Source: Nageia nagi
Taxonomy: Eukaryota > Plantae > Pinophyta
Assembly: GCA_050084985.1 (NCBI GenBank)
Contig: JBITNC010000001.1
Span: 176,018,001 to 176,082,000 of the forward strand
Length of the DNA: 64,000 nt
Direction: 5' to 3'
The first letter of the stretch is position 1. Every line of letters begins with the position of its first letter. Positions 48,270 to 61,800 of this stretch are shown here, in pieces. The translations under genes and the position numbers were made by a program. The notes below the pieces were generated by a model. It worked only from the letters and a program-made list of their open reading frames with translations. It made no database searches and was not told the DNA's origin.

Positions 48270-50630
48270 ATTCTCCCATATTTTACATACATATCTTAGG
48301 GATATTTTCAAAAGCCCAATTTTTGGGTATGCTAGAATTATTGTAGATGATGAAGTTCAATTGTCACTCAATAGTCCTAGGGATTTTCATTGAAAATATA
48401 TTTTATGCATATCATAGAATCATTACAAACCATGAAACTATGTTTGCATAATGCATCTTGTCCAAATACTCTCGAGCCTTATATACTCTTTCACATTTTA
48501 TGTACATATCTATCATGATATTCAAAACCTAAATATTCAAATTATAAGCACCATGTAGATACTTCCATGCACCCAATATAGGTTCTATGAGTATTTTAGT
48601 AGTGAATTTCAATGGTCCCTCAAGAGTCTTAGGGTTTTTCTTAGAAATCCCATTAAGTGCATATAATGTAATCTTAGCACCCCATGAAACTATATTTGCA
48701 TGATGCATTTCATCAAATAATTCTTGAGCCTTATATATTCTTCCATATTTTACATGCATGTCATCCAAAACCCAAATAATCAAATTATAGGCATCATGTA
48801 GATATATCCACATACTCAATTTAGGTTTTATGATTATTTTGGTAGTGAATTTTAATGGTCCCTCAATAGTCTTAGGGATTTTCTTTGAAAACCTATTTTT
48901 GCATATCATGCAATCATTGCAAACCATGAGATAATATTTTCATCATGCATCTTTTCAAATGATTCTCAAGCCTTGTGTATTCTTTCATATTTTGTATGCA
49001 TGTCTATCAAGGCATTCAAAACTCAAAAATTTGAATTAAAGCACCATTTAGACACTTCCACACATCCAATTAAGATTTTATAAGTATTTTGGTAGTGAAT
49101 TTCAATGGTCCCTAAATAGTATTAGGGATTTTCTCTAAAATCTTATTTTTTGCATATTGTGCAATCATTGCAGATCATGAAACTATATTTTCATCATGCA
49201 TCTTGTCAAATATTTCTTGAGCCTTGTATATTCTTCTACATTTTTCATATATATCTATCAAGGTATTTAAAATCCAAACACTCAAATTATAAGCACCATG
49301 TATATATATCCATACACCCTATTTAGATTTTATGAGTATTTTGGTAGTTTAATTCAACTATCCCTCAATAGTCTTTGATTTTTTCTCTAAAAACCTATTT
49401 TTTACATATCATACAATCATTGTAGACCATGAAACTATGTTTGCATCATGCATCTTGTCCAAAATTTTATGAGCCTTGTGTATTCTTCTATATTTTGCTT
49501 ACATGTCTATCAAGGGATTTAAAACCCAAAGAGTCAAATTACAAGCACCATGTAGACACATCCACATACCCGATTAACATATTATAAGTATTTTGATAGT
49601 TATGTTTAATGGTCCGTTGATGATCTTGGGGCTTTTCTTTGAAAATCCATTCTATGCATATCATGCAATCATTGCAAACCATGAAACTGTACTAGCACCA
49701 TGCATCTTGTCAAATAATTCTCAGGCCTTATATAACATTTTGTGTATATGTCTTTAAAGGTATTCAAAATCTAAACATTTGAATTACAAGCACCATGTAG
49801 ATATATCCACCCATCTAATTCAATTTTTATGAGTATTTTAAAAATAAATTTCAATGGTTCCTTGATAGTCTTAGGTATATTCTCTTATAACCCATTTTTT
49901 GCATATCATACATCATTACAAACTATGAAACTATGTTTGCATCATGCATTTTATCAAGCAATTCTTTGGTCTTGTGTATTTTTTCATATTTTACGTACAT
50001 GCATATCAAGGTATTCAAAACCAAAAGACTCAAATTACAAGAACCATGTAGACACATCCATAACCAATTTAGGTTTTATGAGTATTTTGGTAGTGAAGTT
50101 TAATGGTCCCTCAATGATCTTAGGGTTTTTCTTTGAAAACCTATTTTATGCATATCATGCAATCATTACAAACCATGAAATGTGTTAGCATCACACATCT
50201 TGCTAAATAATTCTTGATCCTTATATATTATTTCATATTTTGTGTACATTTCTATCAAGGTATTCAAAACCTAAACATTCAAATTACAAATACCATGTAG
50301 ACACATTCACACATCCAATTCATGTTTCATGAGTATCTTAGTAGTGAAGTTCAATGGTACCTTGATAGTCTTAGGTATTTTATCTAAAAAAATATTTTGT
50401 GCATATCATGCAATCATTACATACCATAAAACTATGTTTGCATCATGCATTTTCAAATAATTCCAAATCTTATGTATTCTTTCATATTTTACGTACATAT
50501 CTATGAAGGTATTCAAAACCCAAATATTCAAATTACAAGTACCATGTATACATATCCACACATCCAATTCAAGTTTTATGAGTATTTTAAAAGTGAAGTT
50601 CAATGATCTATCAATAGTCTTAAGGAATAT
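48270..50630 (-). repeat. PPR-derived ~252-bp tandem array, copy 2 (uninterrupted, ~9 units)
   Basis: Anchor recurs at 48429, 48681, 48923, 49174, 49426, 49678, 49922, 50172 and 50423. ORF 48529-48927 reads through a unit junction in frame. Confidence 0.92.
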
Positions 50631-51540
50631 TTTGTATAGCAGCTAACCTATTTGTGAGTAATCACATGTTTGTATTGCTTGATGTAAGATTCATATCATC
50701 AAGAGGTATATGCTCTTTAGAATGCCATATTCTTCATTATTTTGATACTTTTTCATCTTCTAGTGTATCAACTACATATGATTTTTCTTTAACTGGTATC
50801 CCACTAAGAAGTTTGATGAATCTATATTTATTTTCTTTGGAACTCATGACTTTTCTAAAAATCTCATCATCACTCAAATGTATAATAATGTTTACTTTAG
50901 TTGAAATAGGAGGCATATACTGATTTGGTGGGATTTAAAATCCATCATTTTTAGAATGAATCTTATTATTAATTATCTTTCCCACTTTCTATGAAACCCT
51001 CTTTATCTAAAAGACTTTCACTAGCATATTTGGTTATTTTTCCCTGTACATATATAGATGGTTGTTTTGAATGGATTCTTTCACTTCATCATTGGAAAAC
51101 CTTTGGTTTAATAACATTTATTCATGTAGAGGCTTTATTATGTACACGATTAGTATGTGCATAAGAAATATTTGCATTTTTATTTCAAGTAACATAAAAT
51201 TCCTTTGGAATATAATGTGTGAACAAAACTCCTAATAGGTTTGACATTTTAACATAGATTCGAAAGCACTTTTATTCTAAACCTAATTAAGAGAAATAAA
51301 TGCTATAAATTAGTGGGCATGGATTTGTTGATATATATTTTCATACACCTATGGTTTTTGCCTAAATAAACTAAATACACATAAACATTTAAGTATGTAA
51401 TATCTAAGCTATTTGACTCAAATAAACATACATGATAATAGGAAGTAAATGAAATATATCAGGTGCAATAATAGAACTAGGGTTCTATTAATATCAAGAT
51501 ATAGAATGAAAGCACTAAATATATGGAATCAAGTGTAAGA

Positions 51541-54500
51541 TGTGATGATCTCCAAATCCAACATCTAGATATAATGAGATAAATAGTAAGATTTTGATAG
51601 CAAAATGTAATTATATTGATCAACAAAGTATAGTGCAATTATAGTAAATATTTTTATCTACCTAAGGAGCTTGTACCAAAATTTCCTTCAATAAATTTAT
51701 TTTGGATGGCTCTAGGGACTCACCAATTGCAACAATGACAAGGTGTATTCCAAGACTTCCTCTATAGCTTCTATGATGGAACCAACAATGTTCCTCTCAA
51801 TATGGCTAGAGTAAGCTTGAGGCTAGCCTCATATGACCTCAATATGTACCTCAAATGTAGGTTTCCCTATAAGTAGAAAATATAGAGTTCTCACACTCAA
51901 TCTGATAAAAGGGTTTTATAATCATCAACTCAACATTTCTCTTAAAGTCTAAGAATCCTCCTTTTATAGGTGATGTATTCTCTCTTCTAATCTTGCATTG
52001 AGATGATCCAATGATGGAGAGATATGATATTTCTATTCATATTTACATCATCCAATATGGGAAGCCTCATGATAGGTGAGTTCACATCCAAGGGCTAGGA
52101 ATGCTAATGCTTAAGAAGAGGTGATGCTAGTGTGCCTTGGGATCAATGCCATGGGTACAAATACCTAAGAGGGGTAACATAGGATCTTGGGATTGCCAAT
52201 CCTCTAACATATGATGAAATGATCCATAAATTCCCAACATACATGAATGGGATCTTTTCACTACCTTTTAGATACTAAAATCCTTATTTGTAATGCCATG
52301 TCCAAGCTTAGAGCCCTCCTAAATTCCTTAACATTTGTAATATTACATTGAGGATGCTCTACCTCAAAGAGGGGAACACTAATGACAAGAGGACCATCTA
52401 AATGCCAACAATACTTTTATCAAGGCTAAAATATGCAATGCCTAATTTAGGGAGACTAATATTGCATTTACAAATATAATTACCTTTTTTAATATTAATA
52501 AATCATTATTGGTAATTTAGGCATTCAACTATACATTATGACTAAATAAAAAGACCCATTATTCCATAATTATATCATTTAACTAAGTATTTAAGTAGAA
52601 CTTATAATATTTAGCAAAAAATACAAAAATAGACAAAATCACACCTAAGATAATGTTCCCATTTATCAAAGATGAAATGGGGAAAACACAACAAAAATGG
52701 GAACATTATAAGTCTATCCCTCCCAAATTGCTTTTCCCCAAGCAATTCAAAATATTTATAGCCATAGTAAATCCTTGTTGATCCTTCTCTTCTTCTTCTT
52801 AGGTGGTTTGAGAATCCTTAAACTATGTCTTCTTCTTTTCGATGGCTTCCATCATTCATTTCTTGAGTTCTTCTAGCATGTTACTTAATATTTCTTCCTT
52901 ATATTTATAGGAATTGATTGGCCTTATTTTGGGAATTTCTACTTCCATAATTTCCCCAACTTTAATCCTTTAGTGGTTGATTTTTCACCTTCTTGGTCAA
53001 TTTTTTTATCAACTCTTTTTTCATATATTTTTTTATCAATGGATTTGGAGTTTTTTTACACTATTAGGGGTTTTTCCACCATGGATTGTTTATGATAATT
53101 TATTAAGGATCCTTTATCTTCTTCATCATCTAAAAATAAATGATAGATGATAGTTCACCATTCATAGGTGGAAGGAATTATGTACTCATAGTATCTTATA
53201 CTAGGTCCTTTGGATGTGGAGATAATATCTTTTGATTCAGATGTGAATTTTGATTCTTACCTCACCTCCTTATTCAAGCTACACTCAATTTCATCCTTAT
53301 GAATCTATTTGACCAATGTAGTAAGGACCTCTTTCCTAGGATTCTTAGAGACTTAATATAGCTTGGTGTACCTTTTAACTAGGGGTTCCATGCCTTATCT
53401 TTTTCTAAAAGTCTCAAAATTGATTTTCTCTCTTACATCTATCTTTTATTTTTATGTGTCACTAGGGGTATGCTAATTGTGGGTCCCATTATTTATATGT
53501 ACCTTTTTATCCTTGTATGTTAGTTTCCATACATCCTAATATATATATAAAGGCACTATGTCCTAATTTGTTTTTAGATTTTTCACAATATGGCTATAAG
53601 ATTTCTTTAAGCATAGCCAATTTATTTAGAGGTACTCTTCCTATTACTTTTGTATTTTATAAATCTTCAAGTTTATATATTATTTTATGTGTCAATTCTA
53701 TTAGAATATCTAATTTTTTTCTCAATCCTACCTTATCATTCAAGGGTGAAGAATTTTTATTCTTTTTGGATTACCTAGTGACTTCTATTTGGTTTCCAAT
53801 ACTGATGATTGAATCTCCAAGGTTCATTACAATGAAAATATATTTTAAAGTTTCCTATTAGTTTATCATTTTTTGAGGTCATATAATGACTATAATAATA
53901 TTCTAATGATGTTCCTTGGCTAGGTTTCTTCATCTAAGTCATCATATTAGTTAGAAGGATGATTATACTATTCAAAATTTATGTTCTACCATTATTTTTT
54001 TTTAGATTTAAGACACCTTATTACTCTTATGGGATACAAACTCTAATAAAATTGAGATCAACTTTTACACAAATTTGGAATGATGCAAAGCTACTCTAAA
54101 ATTTTGTAAGTAAGCCAAGATATTAAAAGTTTAACCTCTAATTCATGAATTTTTCTAAACTCACAACAAATTGAGCCTCCTACACACAACATATTACTTT
54201 TAGCTATTAGATATTGGAAATAGTAGCAAAATTATCCTAAAATATCCTTTTAGGCATCCATGGTATAAATACCATAATGAAATTTTACCAATATTAGCAA
54301 ATTGGCTCTCCTTTCTTCAAGATCCTCCTCATAGTGACTCTTAATCCCTAATCTCTCAACAAATTCAAGCCAAGATGCCCAACAAAATTGCAAGAGTTAT
54401 AATTTCATGATATTTATGATGAAAATATAATAATACTTGCAATAGAATATTATTATTATGCAAACTCTTTTCAAAATTGGCCTCAACAAGTTAATGTTTC

Positions 54501-57500
54501 CTTCCAAATGTCATCAAGAAGTAGCAATATACCCAAAACTTCTCTAAAATACCAATGTTTGTCCTAAAATATTGAATGATCCTCAAAATTTATCCCAAAA
54601 TTCCATGTTCATATCAAAAATATATTTTCAATGCAATTCAAAATTCAAAATATCCCTTTGTATGCCAACCTCTGGCACAAGGTGGTCTCAAAATATAGAA
54701 CAATCCTCTAAAAATGCTTCAATATGTTAATGTTTTGCTCTTAATGGTCTTGAAATGCATAATAGACCTCAAAAAAACTCCTAATATTTTAACATCTATC
54801 TTTAGGTGGACTAAAAATGCAACATTAGCCTTAGAAATGCCTTTAGAATACCAATGTTTGGCCCAAAATGGGCTTGAAATACCAATTTATGGTTCCATAT
54901 GACCTCAAAATGCCAAGTAGGTTTTAGACTTACTCTTGAATGCTTATGTTAACCTCAAAAATATTAAAAATTCCTTACATCTAGGTATTTTAACCTAAAT
55001 GAACCTCCTCTTGGCTTCTTGACACTCATATGGAAGCAACTAACTTCAAAACTTGATGGAAAAGACTAAAATTTCAAAAATTACCTCTCACCAAGCTGAT
55101 GAACCTCCTTAAAGCTTTAAATTTGAAATTATGGCCAAAAAGAGTCTAAAAAACTACCATAAGGTGGGACATGGCTCTCCAAAATACCAAAATCTCACTC
55201 CTAATGTCTAGATCTAGCAAATTTACCTCAAAACCTTCATTATGAGATCAAGTTGATACAACTACAATACTAGCTTCATATTTTCTAGCAGGATGATAGG
55301 ATCTCTTTAGTTATCCCTCCTTCTTACTTGATAGAAAAGGGAAAGATCTTCTTAATAAAATACCAACTATGATTCCAATAAAATTCCTTTGTGAACTAAT
55401 ATCACAATAATTCTCCTTTAGCTTCTTTGCCAACATATCTTCAACTCCTCTAGAAATCTCTTTCAATAATTCTTACGCAGTAGCAAGGGTAAGATCTCAA
55501 CTCTTCAACTCGAATTAGAAACCCTCCATGTGTGATGCCCTTGATCATAATCAAGGCTCTAATACCACTATGATGATTCCAAATTGACAAATCATGCTTA
55601 AACATGCCCTAGGAGAGGGACATTTACCTTCTTGCTTTGAAACTAACTAAATACACTCAAAATACACCCAATATTCTAACATCTAGCTATTTGTGACATA
55701 TTTAGTAATAATGAACCAAAATGCTCATAGAAACCCATTATATAGCTACTTAGAGAAAATAAAAATACAAGCATGCAACAATATCTCCAAGAATCCAACA
55801 CATGAATAAGGAAGATAAAATAGATACTTAACTAAAAAACAACTCTCCAAATCTACCATCCAAATAGAATGTGACAAGTTGAAAGATATTTATAGAAACA
55901 TGTAATTGTATTGATGAATAAAGTATAACATAATTACAATAATATATATTTTTCTACCTAAGGAGCTTGTATCAAGACTTTCTCCAATAGGGTTATTTTA
56001 TATGGTCCAAGGCCTCATTAATCATAGCAATAGAAAGGCATAGTCCAAGGCTTATTTTGTAACTTTTGTGATGGAATCAACAATATTCCTCTCAATATGG
56101 CTAGAGTAAGCTTGCATTTTGCCTCCTATGACCTTAATACCTCAAATGCAAGTTTCCCTATATGTGTCAAAGATAGAGTACGTACATTCAATTCGATAAA
56201 AGGGGCTTATAATCATAAACTCAACATATCTCTTAATTTCTAGGAATCATCCTTTTATAGGTGATGTAGTCTTTGTTCTAATCTTGCATTAAGATAATCC
56301 AATGATGGAGGGATGTGATCCATATGCTTATGTTTACATCATCCATGATAGGGAGCCTTGAGATAGGTGAGATCACATCTAAGGGATAGGAATGCCAATG
56401 CCCAAGAAGGGAAGATGTTGATGTACCTTTGGATCAATTCCATGGGTCTAAATACCTAATAAGGGTAACATGGGGTCTTGGGATACCCAATCCTCCAATG
56501 TGGAATGAAATGAGAAATAAATTCCCAAAATCTATGCATGGGAGCTATCAAATACCTTGGGATACTAAAATTCTTGTTTGTAGTGCCACATCCAAGCTTG
56601 GACTCCTCCTAGACATCTCAATGTCTATGTTATTACATTAGTGTTTCTCTACCTCAAAGTAATGATAAGAGGGACATATAAATACCAATATTACATTTTT
56701 CAAGGCTAAAATAAACAACACCTCATTTAGGGAGATTAATATTGCATTTACAAATATAATTATCTTATTTAATATTAATACATCATTATTAACAATTTAG
56801 TCACTCAACTATACATAATGATTGAATAAAAAGGGCCATTATTTTATAATTAGATCATTTAACTAAGTCTATAAGTGAACTTACAATAATTGGCCAAAAA
56901 TTATAAAAATAAATAAAATCACATCTAAGCTAATGTTCTTATTTATTAGAGGTGAAATGGGGAAAACATCACAAAAATGGGAGATTAAAAGTTCACCCCT
57001 CCTAAATTGCTTATCCCCAAGCAATTAAAAATATTCATAGCTACATCAGATCTTTCTTGATCCTTGTTTTCTTTATAGCTAGTTAGAGAATGCTCAAACT
57101 CTATATTGTTCTTTCAAGTGGCTTCCATGATTCATTTCTTGAACTCTTCTATCATGCTACTTAATATTATTTCCTTCCATTTATAGGAATTAGCTAGCCT
57201 TATTTTGGGTTATTATGTTGCCCATAAGTTACCCAAATTTTATTCTTTGGTGGTTGATTTTATAACTTCTTGATCAATATTTTTATCAAATCCTTTGCCA
57301 TATGTTTTGCTATTGGATTTTTTCAACACTATTGGGGGTTCATCTACCATGGAGTGTTGATAATAATTTTTTAGGGGGCCTTTACCTTCTTCATCACATA
57401 AAAATAGATGATAGCTAATGATTCACCAATCATAGGTGGAAGGAATTATGTGCTCATAGTATCTTATGCTAGGTCCTTTGGATGTGGAAATGATATCTTT

Positions 57501-58813
57501 TGGTATGGTTATGAATTTTGATTCTTTTTCACCTCCTTATACTTCCCACACTCAGCCTCATCCTTCTAAATTTGTTTGACCAATGTAGTATGGACCTATT
57601 ACCTTTAAGGCTTGCCCTAATATAGCCTAGTTTTCCTTTTAAATATGGGTTCAATGCCTTGTCTTTATCTAAGTATATTGAAATTGATTTCATTCCCTGC
57701 ATCTATATTTTCTTTTTATGTCTCACTATGGTTATGATAATTGTAGATCCCATTATTTATATGTGCCTTCCAATCCTCATATGTTGGTTACCATATATTC
57801 CAATATATATAGAAATACACCATGTCATGGAATTTTTAAAAACTTTTGCAATAGCTCTATAGGATTTCTTCAAGTGTAGCCAATTTGTTTGGAGGTACTC
57901 TTCCTATTACTTTTGTGTTTTACAAATATTTGAGTTTATCCATTATTTTTTGTGTTAGTTCTATTAGAATGTCTATTTTTTTATTGATCCTACCTTACCA
58001 TTTAGGGGTGAAGTATTTTTCTTCTTTATGGAACCTAGAGACTTTTGTTTATTTTCCAACATTGATGATTCAATCTCCAAGGTCCATTACAATGAAAACA
58101 AGTTTTGGAGATTCCAATTGGTTTATCATTGTTTGAGGTCCAAGGTTCATTTTAGCATTAAATATTCATTAATAAGCAAATTTTAAGGATCTTTAGTATT
58201 AGAAATGGCTATTTTTGTGATTTTCAAAAAGGCCCCAATCACCAAAATTTACTATTTTTTTAAATTTTCTAAGATGAATTACCAATATTTTTTAAAAAAT
58301 TTCTAAAAATAGCTATTATTTTCTAATATTTTTAAAAAAGTCATTGATATTTTTCAAAATATTTTCAGGTGGGTTCACCATAAATTTTTGAAGGGATTTT
58401 TTTGAAGAGTTTTTTAAAATGAAACCTATTAAGATCATATAATTACTACAAGTTTCTAATGATGTTCCTTGGCTATGTATCTTTATCTGAGTAATCATCT
58501 TAATTAGAAGGCTGATTATAGTATCCAATTTTTGTCCTACCATTCTTGTTTCTAAGACTCAAAATATCTTATTACTCTTGTGGGATACAAACTCTGATCA
58601 AATTAATTTCAATGTTCATACAATTTTGGTATGATGTAGACCTACTCCAAACTTCCATAAATGACCCAAGATATCAGATGTCTAACCTCCAATAGATAAA
58701 TTTCTATATATTTACAACAAACTTAGCCTCCTACACATCCAACATCTCAATTCCAACTATTAGATCCTATAAATAGTAGTAAAAGTATCCTAATATCTCC
58801 TCTTAGGCCTCCA
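51541..58813 (-). mobile_element. Element A paralog as a tandem LTR-internal-LTR-internal array (LTRs 51541-52710 and 55569-56989)
   Basis: Same TAAGA site. PPT at 52711, PBS-Met at 55555-55567. The second LTR is followed at 56990 by another PPT and a second internal region. The first LTR has a ~270-bp deletion at a TCCAAAT microhomology. Confidence 0.88.
58141..58428. mobile_element. hAT-like MITE (288 bp)
   Basis: Imperfect TIRs CAAGGTTCATTTT / AAAATGAAACCTA. 8-bp TSD TTGAGGTC (58133-40) / TTAAGATC (58429-36). Empty sites at ~18150 and ~53873. Confidence 0.75.
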
Positions 58814-58817
58814 TTTA

Positions 58818-61800
58818 TGAAGAAATTAACCCTTTCTTAATTAACTTCTAATCTCCCAAGATCTCAAAAAGATACTTTCAACATCAAGATAATAGCACAA
58901 TAACTAAAGCCAATCATACAAATAATACAATATATAAAGTGGTTCCTTCCTTCTTAGGAGTATGTGCACTAACTAAGATCTTCTTATTCTCAAGTATCTC
59001 TCTTACAAAATCTCTTCTCTCTCTCAAACTCTAAACCTATAGCAAAGCTTGCATTACAATTGTGTAACTAGATAAGGGAAGGGTTCTTCTATTTATATAA
59101 GAAGAAACTCACTCTATAATTAATCTTTTTTCTATTTTTAATCCTTTACCTATTTTTAAACTCATACCTATTTTTAATTCTTCTTCTATTTTTATTCTCT
59201 TAATACTTTAAAGTATCTAATGATACTTTAAGTATTAAGTGAATTTACATTAAAGGAGAAATATTAAATGATATTACATTACAAATTTTAACACTTCCCT
59301 TTAATGTAATATTGGGATAGAGCATAGAAAGGGGAAGAAAGACAAAGTAAGTGATAGTTCTTCTCCAAAGAGATACAAGTGGAGATGAGAACTTTACATC
59401 ATTGAGAAATAATCAAAATCTTAGTTTAAGACTCATTACAATACCATTTAACAAAATGGTTTACAAAAAAATCATTAACCACAACTAGTTTCACTAAAAG
59501 TGTAGTAAATCAACTTTGAGCTGACATATGAACCTCCATGAGCCTACCCACATAAAGTAACTTGCACTCTCAAGATGAAACTTACAAGATATAAGTAGCT
59601 CATTAACAAGATCAATTAGATGCATCATATAACATTCATATCAATCAAAAGATAAATGAACCAAGTAATGACATCTATAAATTGATTAATGATGCATTAT
59701 AAGTCATCACGAATATGCCAAAGTCATCTACTATATATAGAAATATGTGTTGATCAAAAACAAAAAGTATATATGCATATATAAGTTACTCATATATGGA
59801 TAACCAAATAGTGCTAACAAACACATACTGATTCCTCACATAGTGATAACAAAACAAAATGTACCATGAGTTTATACACTACAAACTAACCATGAAGGTG
59901 TATATTTATATCAATACTATATAGCTAAATAGAGCCCCCTAGGGATGAGGTTATTATCATCAAAATATGAATTCAACCTTCACTCCCCTTGAGTACAACT
60001 TCACTACCATAAGAAAATTTCAAAGTGTGCACAACAAAGTTTCTAAAGTGGCTAGTAAATATATCAAGAGAGACAAAGTCAAATGAATAGAGCTATAGTT
60101 GTTGCATCAAGAAATTTCTCCTTGATATAATGTGCTTAGATTTGAGGTACACTATAAGTCATCACTAAGATTCCAAGTCCATACTTATAGTTACCAAATA
60201 AAGGAATGTATTAATAAAGTATACAAACCAAATAAAAGTTCAACAACTTTATTAAGAAGGAAGAAATTACAATGGATTCAACAAACCTTCAACATTTACT
60301 CCCTTTTTGAGGGCAACTTCACCAACCCAATAGAGTCCTTAAGCTTACAAAATTGATCTTTAGGAAGGGTATTAGTAAACAAGTCAATAGAGTTTAGGAC
60401 TGATGGATAATACTACAAGAGTAGAAGACCATCCAAAACCTTCTCTCTGATGAAGTGGGCTTGGATTTCTACATACTTTATTATTTGATGGAAAATAGGA
60501 TTCTTTGCCAAAGCAATAGCTGACTAATTATGTAAAAAAATTACAATGGATAAACTTATTCATACCCTATTTCTTTCAAAATATACCTCACCTAAATGGC
60601 TTCCTAGGTTATAACTAACATTGCATAATATTAAGCCTTAGAAGTGGAGAGAACAATAGTAGATTGCTTCTTGTATGCCCAAGAGATAGCACCTAAACCA
60701 ATGCTAAACACCTAAGTAGAGGTTAATTTTCTATCATCTCTATCTCCCCCATAGTCAGAATTTGAGAATCTTAAGAGAACAAATGAAGAAAACTTATCAT
60801 ATTTGAGAGTAAGATCCTTAGTTCTCACAACATACCTCAAAATTTGCTTAACAACATTGAAGTGTTTAACATATGACTTTTGCATAAAGTGAGCCATCAA
60901 ATTCATTTCAAAGGCAATATCTAACCTGGAGATAGTTAGATAAAGAAGACTACTAATTAGTTGTCTATAAGATGTAGCATTTGCCAATTGAGAGTTGGAA
61001 CTAAGAGATAAAGTGATTCTTGGAGAGACTAGGATTGCAACATGCTTGTACTCCTTCATTCCAAAATTTTGTAAGATAACTGAGATATGCTTTGATTGAT
61101 TGAGGTAAGTGTAATTCTTATATTAGTACACTTGCATATCAAGGTAGTAGTGTAATAGACCAAGATCAATTATTTCAAAAGTTGCCTTAAGTTTGAATAT
61201 GTAATCTTGTATGAGGACCATATTATTCCTTGTAATTAATAGATCATCCACATAGAGAAGAATCAAGATCAAATCTTGTCCTTGGTTGAGCACATAAGGA
61301 TCTAAATCAAATAATCATTTAGAAAACCTAATATACTCAAAGTATCTTGAAATCATTTTGTACCAAACCCTTGGTGCTTGCATAAGTCTATATAAAGACT
61401 TCTTTAACTTACACATAAAATATTCTTTACCTTCAACAACAAACCCTTTTGATTGATTCATATAGATTTCCACATCTAGGTCACCATTGAAAAAAGCACT
61501 CTTAACACCAAGTTGTAAAACTTTTCAACCCTAAACTATTGAAAGAGCAAGGATTACCTTGATAGTAGGCATCTTTTCCATTAGAGCAAAGGTCTCCTTA
61601 TAATAAACTCCATATTTTTTAGCAAAACTTTTAGCTAATAACCTTGCTTTGTATTTATCAATCTCTCCAACTGAGTTACATTTGACCTTATAAATCCATT
61701 TATTTCAAATAATATTGCATTCATTAGGATAAGGAACCAAATCACAAGTTTGATTCTTCATTAGAGCCTCATACTCCACATTCATTGCATTCATCCAACA

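Larger units (their letters stand above)
42720..56989 (+). repeat. Second copy of an old segmental duplication (direct orientation)
   Basis: Colinear matches: 42720-46075 = 1-3430; 46076-46615 = 4748-5299; 47376-48924 = 9704-11237; 48925-56989 = 13084-20950 + 37461-37812. Roughly 75-80% identity by eye. Confidence 0.95.

Noticed and set aside
48093-48299. Glu/Gly/Arg-rich ORF
   Set aside because: Translation of the GA-rich tract; the frame is not conserved in the paralog.
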